Positions 34,933 through 41,119 of a DNA stretch of 64,000 bases are shown here, piece by piece; positions within the stretch are counted from its first letter, which is position 1, and every line of letters starts with the position of its first letter. The DNA comes from Bacteroidales bacterium (GTDB taxonomy: Bacteria > Bacteroidota > Bacteroidia > Bacteroidales > VadinHA17): positions 257,884 through 321,883 of the forward strand of contig PLNT01000018.1 of NCBI GenBank assembly GCA_003141895.1, read 5' to 3'. Under the pieces are notes generated by a model. It was not told the DNA's origin. It was given only the letters and a program-made list of their open reading frames with translations, and searched no databases. The translations under genes were made by a program, and so were the position numbers.

Positions 34933-35862
34933 TTAATTCGGTAATTGAAACATAAGAGAAGTTTCAAGGCCGATACTTTCTATTAATAAATTACCTAATG
35001 AGATAATATCCATTCCAATCAAAAGGTCAGCCCTTTCATCTTTATCCTGTATCCCCACCAGGACAGGGATTGCACGCTCATCCCAAAGATGAATATTAAT
35101 CAAACATGTATTAATTTTATGAATTGAATCCACATTCCCCATCAATAATGAACCTACTATTTTAACATTTAATTTTGATGCAAGCGATCGGGAAATCATA
35201 CTCATCCCGGCCCCGCTGTCCCAAGCGGCTAGAACCTTTAATGTTTTAGTGTTTGGTTGTGGAGTAGAAACTTTGCACTGATAACGAAGACTATAAACAA
35301 TTTTACCATATTCTAACCGGATTGAGTTTTCATTCTGATCTCTGTATATTTTATCTGGTTCCTCTATTTTAAACATTGCTGCCTTTTCGTTATCAATAAT
35401 TCGTTCCTTCTCCGGCATGTCAAACCGCACAATAGTCTTAGAATTTACGTTATTAACAAATAAATTCCCTCTGCAAATAATATCCATCCCAATTATAACA
35501 GGAGAGTCCGAGAGCTCCTTTTCCATCAGCTCAACTGGTACAGTGATACCGTTTGGTAAATAAATAAAAGCCTCGTAGCAATTTTTATCATACATTTTTC
35601 CGCTATCGTAATGCTTTATCGTTCGGTGACTTTTCAACCCCATTTTATTAACTAAATCTTTTGATATTAAACATCCACCACAGCCTGTATCCCACAGGGT
35701 TTCTATAGTTAACATTTTTTTCTTACCGTCTTTATCCTCTCTTTCCATTGGAAAAATAATACAATTGAGAACAATTTCTTTTACAACTTCATTATACGAA
35801 GCAGTAAAAGACTGTACTGAATTAAATACACTTCGTGTCAAAGAATACTTTTTGTTTTGCAT
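34933..35862 (-). CDS. Single-chain protein with two retropepsin-like (clan AA) aspartic protease domains
   Basis: Domain 1: LWDTGCGGCLIS ... VIIGMDIICRGNLFV. Domain 2: AWDSGAGMSMIS ... LLIGMDIISLGNLLI. This gives two D(T/S)G catalytic motifs, each with the downstream IGMDI helix motif. Confidence 0.7.
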   Translation of the reverse strand: MQNKKYSLTRSVFNSVQSFTASYNEVVKEIVLNCIIFPMEREDKDGKKKMLTIETLWDTGCGGCLISKDLVNKMGLKSHRTIKHYDSGKMYDKNCYEAFIYLPNGITVPVELMEKELSDSPVIIGMDIICRGNLFVNNVNSKTIVRFDMPEKERIIDNEKAAMFKIEEPDKIYRDQNENSIRLEYGKIVYSLRYQCKVSTPQPNTKTLKVLAAWDSGAGMSMISRSLASKLNVKIVGSLLMGNVDSIHKINTCLINIHLWDERAIPVLVGIQDKDERADLLIGMDIISLGNLLIESIGLETSLMFQLPN

Positions 35863-35966
35863 GATGAATTTATTTTAAAGTTTAATATACCTCTTTCAAA
35901 ATTTGTTCCCCGGAAAAAAGTCAATTTCAATTTAGCTTTTACCTTAAAGTAGGTAATTCCTTAATA

Positions 35967-36141
35967 CCCCCCCTTGAAATCTTCCTTTCAAAAAATACCC
36001 TCCAGAAAAAAACCGATTTTGAATTCAAGCAACCCTTAATCCCTGGATCCTGACTAACCCCCCCCCTCCAGTTTTGACAGAGGCACCGATTCTGAAGGCT
36101 AACGGTCGCAGAGACAAAAGCCCTAGAGAATTCCCCCCCCC
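35967..36141. repeat. GC-rich leader with three long homopolymeric C (minus-strand G) tracts upstream of the retropepsin gene
   Basis: C7 at 35967-35973, C9 at 36058-36066 and C9 at 36133-36141, plus local hairpins (for example CCCC-gta-GGGG on the minus strand). Confidence 0.9.
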
Positions 36142-36357
36142 TACGGGGTACCGGCGGCAGACTATTGTAATCATCAGATAATAAATATATTCCAAAATAA
36201 ATTCCGTATAAATTATCAGTTCACTAATAAATGAACAATATTGATTATCAATCATATATAAAGACTGTTTTATAGATGAGAAGTATTATAACGTTTCTTC
36301 GCATCTATATTATACCCATGCTGATATTTTAATGAATTTTGTATGTTTCTTTTGAAA

Positions 36358-37269
36358 TTAGAACGCTTTATCAATGTTGTGAACTGCAATGCCTTTCTTC
36401 TTTGTCTCTTCCTTAATGTACTTCAAATAGATCATAGTGGTTTTTATGTCCCGATGAGCCATCAATGCACTTACATTGTAGATATCAGTACCTTCATTAA
36501 TTGCTGTTACAGCACAGGTATGCCTAAGACTGTGAGCAGTAATCAGAGGGTCATCTATCCCTATATCTCTGAGTCTCTCTTTAACTATTCTTGACACTGT
36601 CTTAGGATCCATTCTATTTCCATCAGCTGCATAACCATGATTAATAAAGGCAGGTTCTTTATCCGGGTGTTCTCTTTGGCTGAAGTATTCTTGTATAGGA
36701 TTGATCACTTTTAATGTCATACCCTGAGTATCATCTTTACCCTCTCTTCCTTTCCTCTGGATCCGGACCAGCCATTGATCTTCTTCGATTACAAAGTCAC
36801 CAATGTCAAGCCGGCAAACTTCACAACATCGGAGTCCCATCCTTACCATAAGATTAATCATTGCATAGTCACGTTTCCCAATCATCGAGTTTCTGTTAAT
36901 CGAGCATAGGAGATCAGTAACCTGGGAGGGTCTTAACGGTTTTTTCTTAAATATCTGATCCTTTACTGAAGCTTTGAGCTTTTTTGCAACGTTTGGATAA
37001 AGCCCAACATCATCCAGGTAAGAAAAAAACTGCCTTATACAAACGGCATATGAGACAACAGTTGCCTCAGATCTTCCAGTCTTTTTTAGCCAGCTGATAT
37101 AACAGATTATGTTTGCAAATGTGACTGAATGATGATCTATTTCATTAGTTGTCAGCCATTTTATAAATATTGCAAGGTTAACTCTGTACTTTTTTATAGT
37201 GCCAGGCTTCCCCTGATGATCAGCCAGAAACTCTTCAATGAGTTGATTTATATGTTTGCCAGCTATCAC
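36358..37269 (-). CDS. XerC/XerD-like tyrosine recombinase (second recombinase of the element)
   Basis: The catalytic pattern is MGLRCCEV (R), HSLRHTCA (HxxR) and HRDIKTTMIYLKY (H...Y). The N-terminal SAM-like core-binding domain is present. Confidence 0.85.
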   Translation of the reverse strand: MIAGKHINQLIEEFLADHQGKPGTIKKYRVNLAIFIKWLTTNEIDHHSVTFANIICYISWLKKTGRSEATVVSYAVCIRQFFSYLDDVGLYPNVAKKLKASVKDQIFKKKPLRPSQVTDLLCSINRNSMIGKRDYAMINLMVRMGLRCCEVCRLDIGDFVIEEDQWLVRIQRKGREGKDDTQGMTLKVINPIQEYFSQREHPDKEPAFINHGYAADGNRMDPKTVSRIVKERLRDIGIDDPLITAHSLRHTCAVTAINEGTDIYNVSALMAHRDIKTTMIYLKYIKEETKKKGIAVHNIDKAF

Positions 37270-37583
37270 TTCTTATTTCTTTTGAAAAGATATACGTCAA
37301 TGTCATCACAATAGCGCTGGGCTTCAGACACAAGTGCGTCTGTTGTTTCAGTTGAAAGCTTATTATGAGTTTCTTCATCATAGGCTGCAGATATTGATCG
37401 GAATCCTTCTTTTGCCCTGTTTATTTGATGTTTTGCTGATGTTCTGATTCTGGAAGTCTCTTTGTTCATATCAATTGAATAGTAAAACTGTTCCAACTCA
37501 GCAAGATTATCATTCAAAATTTTCATCTGAGTGGTAAGCTTTTCATTTTTAAGAATAAAATCATTGATAATCATTGTTTTCAC
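37266..37583 (-). CDS. Hypothetical helical protein, paralog of the next gene
   Basis: 105 aa. The N-terminus (MKT)MIINDFILKNEKL matches MIINDFILQDKKF of 37592..37948. Confidence 0.5.
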   Translation of the reverse strand: MKTMIINDFILKNEKLTTQMKILNDNLAELEQFYYSIDMNKETSRIRTSAKHQINRAKEGFRSISAAYDEETHNKLSTETTDALVSEAQRYCDDIDVYLFKRNKK

Positions 37584-37591
37584 ATTTAAGG

Positions 37592-37948
37592 TTAATCATA
37601 ATTCGGAATTGTTTTAAACATAGGAGGAGCAATAACGATTCTTTTAAAAATATCTTCAAGTTCTTTACACTTGGCTGTTATTTCAGGAATAATGATTTCA
37701 GTAATTTTATCCTGGTTTCTGTCTATATGTTCTTTCTGGTTATATGCTGTTTCAAGTCTGTGGAAAGATATTTGCTCAAGTTTAATTACTCTTCCTAACC
37801 AAAACACCAGATCATAGTTAGTACTTTCTAATAATTTGCCTGACAACACTAATGTTCTGAAACTTTCGAGCCTGTCAATTTCTTCGGCGTAAGCCTTCAT
37901 TGATGCTGAGAACTTCTTGTCCTGTAAAATAAAATCATTGATAATCAT
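37592..37948 (-). CDS. Hypothetical helical protein, paralog of the previous gene
   Basis: 118 aa, with a shared N-terminal motif and a shared ...AY(D/N)... central motif. Start and stop overlaps with the neighbouring genes suggest translational coupling. Confidence 0.5.
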   Translation of the reverse strand: MIINDFILQDKKFSASMKAYAEEIDRLESFRTLVLSGKLLESTNYDLVFWLGRVIKLEQISFHRLETAYNQKEHIDRNQDKITEIIIPEITAKCKELEDIFKRIVIAPPMFKTIPNYD

Positions 37949-38196
37949 TGTTTCTCGTTTTTAAGGTTTATAATATTTCTGAATTGAATTAATCTTTGAA
38001 AATAAGGCCGGTACCTTCTATTTTTGCTTTGAAATTTTGAAATACTCAAATGAGTCTTTATGAACAAGGGGATATCCGTAATAGTGCTACATTGATCTAG
38101 TTTTATTGGTTCAGATGAAAACTTTATATTTTCGAAGAATCTCTCTAATTCTTCAATTTCATATTCAATGATAATATTTTCAAAGTCTACTGTCAT
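37945..38196 (-). CDS. Hypothetical protein (83 aa)
   Basis: The ORF has 4-nt overlaps with both neighbours, which supports coding. I recognised no motif. Confidence 0.45.
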   Translation of the reverse strand: MTVDFENIIIEYEIEELERFFENIKFSSEPIKLDQCSTITDIPLFIKTHLSISKFQSKNRRYRPYFQRLIQFRNIINLKNEKQ

Positions 38197-38879
38197 TTCC
38201 GCTTATCATTGCCAGGGAAAAGAATTATGTTAAACATCTGCATCATACGTGAAGCAACAAATTCTCCATATTCTTTTCTGATTTGTTTAGGCAGCATATT
38301 TGTTGAAACATGAGTTAATTTAAAAGCCTCAGTATAAATATAATATCTTCGCTGAATGAACTCAGCAATGATATTTGTGTTGTTTCCAAAGTGTTTTATT
38401 GTACTTGCAGACTGACCCAGATCATCCAGAAGTAAATGTCCGGGACCATAACCAGATCCAGTCCCATAAGATCCTCCAAAATAGGTCATATAAAAACCAA
38501 TGTTAGATAAATATTCAAACCCTTTTTGTGCAAACCCGGTAACAAGGTCATTCACGTTAATAACTGAAAAATTGTTTTCTCCTGGCGACTTGACAGCTCT
38601 GTTAAGAATGTTGAAAATCTTAAAGTAGATTGTTTTACCAACACCAACATTCCCATAAACATATAACCCTTTTCGAAGGTCATAAATACTGGTTTTGTCA
38701 CCGGCAAAATATTTTATTGGGTTTAAGTAGATCTCTCTGTTGTCAACATCCATTTCAAATCCCGGGCAAATTGTCAGTGCAATTTTATTAAATGCTTCAA
38801 GGCGCATCTGAAAGTCATAATCCGTATGAAGTAAATACTCCCCCGGTTTTATACTACTTAAGAAATCAGCTTCAGTCAT
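38193..38879 (-). CDS. DnaC/IstB-like AAA+ ATPase (helicase-loader-like)
   Basis: Walker A YVYGNVGVGKTIYF and Walker B HLLLDDLGQ. It lies directly downstream of the replication-organizer-like gene. Confidence 0.65.
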   Translation of the reverse strand: MTEADFLSSIKPGEYLLHTDYDFQMRLEAFNKIALTICPGFEMDVDNREIYLNPIKYFAGDKTSIYDLRKGLYVYGNVGVGKTIYFKIFNILNRAVKSPGENNFSVINVNDLVTGFAQKGFEYLSNIGFYMTYFGGSYGTGSGYGPGHLLLDDLGQSASTIKHFGNNTNIIAEFIQRRYYIYTEAFKLTHVSTNMLPKQIRKEYGEFVASRMMQMFNIILFPGNDKRK

Positions 38880-38882
38880 CTT

Positions 38883-39752
38883 TTAAAAAGTTGTTTCAGG
38901 TATTTTATAATCTGAAGATTTATTGTCCCATAATTTATTCACCCGTTCAGGAACCCGGTCATTATTAATGTTTGTTCTATGGTTTCCATTGATTCTGTTC
39001 TTAAAAACTGTGAAATACAAAAGCCCTTCTTTATTTTTTCTTCTGAGCTTTAATACTGACAAAAAATTGGATCGCCAGAATTCGTCTTTTCTTGTACTTT
39101 CAATCACGCTGATAATTTCATCTGAGGAGAATCCATCTATCCGATTAAGTTTATCCAACGTTTCGCACCACTCATTTTTTTGAGCTTCGGATTTTGGACG
39201 GCAACTTTCATCGAAAAAAGCAACAACTTCATTATACAAAACTTCTATCTGGGATTTATTTTGATTTTCGGAATTTTCAACCTTTTTACCTATACCATTA
39301 CCATTACCATTACCATTACCATTACCATAGGGGCTCCTTAGCCCCTCCTTAGCCCCTTCAATAAATTCAATAATATCATTGATTTCAAACTTATGTTTAT
39401 ACACTTCAAAGCGCTTAAATATTCCCCGGTGAGCATTATTTTTTTCCGGATTTAAAGGCAAGTTTTTCTGATGCTTTAAAAAAGTGCGAATATAAATACA
39501 ATCATTTGAATTAGAACAGATTAAGCCCCTCCTTAGCCCCTTCAAAGCCCCTTCAATTATTTTCTTATCTAAGCCGATATCTGTACTCCATCTTTTAATG
39601 TTCAATTCAATAAATCCCGCTATGTCACAATTCTCATATAGGTATATAAAGAGAAACTTTTCATTTGGTTTCAAATTAGAGAACCAGGAATCACTCCATT
39701 TCTCAGTATTAGTATATCGGTAAGCCATCAGGTTATTTTTTTTTGTTTTCAA
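38883..39752 (-). CDS. Putative replication initiator / replisome organizer (winged-helix N-terminus), with an internal (Gly-Asn)n linker
   Basis: The N-terminus WSDSWFSNLKPNEKFLFIYLYENCDIAGFIELN resembles phage replisome-organizer/DnaD-like N-domains. The central GNGNGNGNGNG is encoded by (CCATTA)6 at 39295-39330. Confidence 0.5.
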   Translation of the reverse strand: MKTKKNNLMAYRYTNTEKWSDSWFSNLKPNEKFLFIYLYENCDIAGFIELNIKRWSTDIGLDKKIIEGALKGLRRGLICSNSNDCIYIRTFLKHQKNLPLNPEKNNAHRGIFKRFEVYKHKFEINDIIEFIEGAKEGLRSPYGNGNGNGNGNGIGKKVENSENQNKSQIEVLYNEVVAFFDESCRPKSEAQKNEWCETLDKLNRIDGFSSDEIISVIESTRKDEFWRSNFLSVLKLRRKNKEGLLYFTVFKNRINGNHRTNINNDRVPERVNKLWDNKSSDYKIPETTF

Positions 39753-39776
39753 CTAAAACAGTTTGAATAAAAAAAA

Positions 39777-39956
39777 TTACTTCTTTAGGAGATCATGAAA
39801 CTTTTTGTTAATCCGGATAAAAAAGAATCCATCAATCTCCACCAAGTCTACCTGATCATCTTCGCCAAGTTTGCGGACCCATGCCGCACTTTTATTGTTC
39901 AGTTTAGCAAACTTCGAGATTCTCATCAAAGATTTTGTATCAACCAATTCATTCAT
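39777..39956 (-). CDS. Small HTH (excisionase/AlpA-like) protein, 59 aa (below the ORF-track cutoff)
   Basis: My own translation is MNELVDTKSLMRISKFAKLNNKSAAWVRKLGEDDQVDLVEIDGFFFIRINKKFHDLLKK. It shows the HTH followed by the 'V.IDG..FI' strand typical of HTH_17-type proteins. Confidence 0.45.
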   Translation of the reverse strand: MNELVDTKSLMRISKFAKLNNKSAAWVRKLGEDDQVDLVEIDGFFFIRINKKFHDLLKK

Positions 39957-39982
39957 ATTTTTTATTTTTAAATTAATTATAC

Positions 39983-40020
39983 TTTTAAAAAGGCTACCCA
40001 GGGGGACCCCTCTCCCCTGG
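39983..40020 (-). terminator. Stem-loop ending the structural-gene block of the element
   Basis: On the minus strand: CCAGGGG-agaggggtc-CCCCTGG, then gtagcc and TTTTT. Confidence 0.4.
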
Positions 40021-40200
40021 CAGCCATCCTAACTGAGATGGGGATACAGTCAGGAGTAGGCATTTTAGACAATAGGACCTTTAAACATTTTGTAAGTATT
40101 CATGCGTAAAATAATTCAACTCAGTTTTAAAAAAGGTACCGCATCGGTAAAATTCAGAAAACCTTTAGCGGTCCCTGGGCAAACGTTTAATAATCAAACT

Positions 40201-40332
40201 TCAAAGAATATCAAAATTGGTAATAATTGGCTTTTCTCCACGCTCTTTGGCACGGGCATTAATCCTAACCGCTGCGATTAATCTTTCAGTCCTTTCGTAT
40301 GCATCAATCTCCCTTTGCTTACTTTCCAGCAT
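40201..40332 (-). CDS. Small coiled-coil ORF (43 aa from the internal ATG), in frame with the prohead protease across its TAG stop
   Basis: MLESKQREIDAYERTERLIAAVRINARAKERGEKPIITNFDIL. The whole 63-codon stretch 40201-40392 is open in the protease frame. Confidence 0.35.
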   Translation of the reverse strand: MLESKQREIDAYERTERLIAAVRINARAKERGEKPIITNFDIL

Positions 40333-40392
40333 GTTTGAGATCCTTTTAATTTCTGAAGGCGTTAGATTACCTGATGCATCCTTCTCCCAAAG

Positions 40393-41088
40393 CTATTTTC
40401 TAATGTTTTGCGGGCTTCTATCTCTTATCCCTGCATCTTTACCGTCCAAAAGCGTTAACACGTTATAAACCTCCATATTTTCAATCTGTGATAGACTGAA
40501 ATCCATTCCCAGTTCAGAAAATGCATATAATAAACCAGATTGAGCCTGAGAACGCATTGACCCCATCCCTCGTTTACCACTAGAAGCATTTGAAGGGATA
40601 TTAACTACAGACCATTCAAGTAATTCCTGACCGGCAAAGCGATAAGTCTCATTTCCCCCCCCCTGGGCTTCGTCTCCTTTTCCCCAGGAGCCCGCCCCTA
40701 TTTCAAGAAAGCCAACTGATACAGCTCTCAGAGATCCCAGCATTAATTTGCGAAAGATTTTGTCTGCCAAAGGATTTATATCTGCAGTCTCAAAATAAGC
40801 ATCAGCACTTAATACTGTTCGTCCGGAAATTGTTTCTATCCCGATCCGCTTAGTCGATCCTATCACATCATCAGGATTTGAAGAAGTGAATGAGTTCCCA
40901 TAAAGATTATGCATATAACCAATCACAGGATTTTTACGGTAATTATCGAGGATCCAGTTAGCCTGATTGAGTACAGTATGATGTCTATCCCGGTCAGGAG
41001 TACTGACTATAAATGGAATTATGCGAGATTGCTTTGCATCTGTCGGAATATCTCGAACCTGTCCATATGTTATAACTTTATTCTTCAT
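40393..41088 (-). CDS. HK97-family prohead serine protease (S78/U35)
   Basis: RIIPFIVSTPDRDRHHTVLNQANWILDNYRKNPVIGYMHN...DVIGST follows the conserved N-terminal pattern of caudoviral prohead proteases (xSTxxxDRxxxxI...W.L..Y.KNPV....H). Confidence 0.7.
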   Translation of the reverse strand: MKNKVITYGQVRDIPTDAKQSRIIPFIVSTPDRDRHHTVLNQANWILDNYRKNPVIGYMHNLYGNSFTSSNPDDVIGSTKRIGIETISGRTVLSADAYFETADINPLADKIFRKLMLGSLRAVSVGFLEIGAGSWGKGDEAQGGGNETYRFAGQELLEWSVVNIPSNASSGKRGMGSMRSQAQSGLLYAFSELGMDFSLSQIENMEVYNVLTLLDGKDAGIRDRSPQNIRK

Positions 41089-41119
41089 CTCTTTAGATTT
41101 AAACTTATAATTGTAGTTT

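Noticed and set aside
36025-36255. Track ORF of 76 aa (minus strand) in the retropepsin leader.
   Set aside because: It is translated largely from poly-G tracts and GC-rich hairpins (…GGGNSLGLLSLRP…GGGGLVRIQ…). It has no start context or conservation signal and lies in a repeat-rich non-coding leader.
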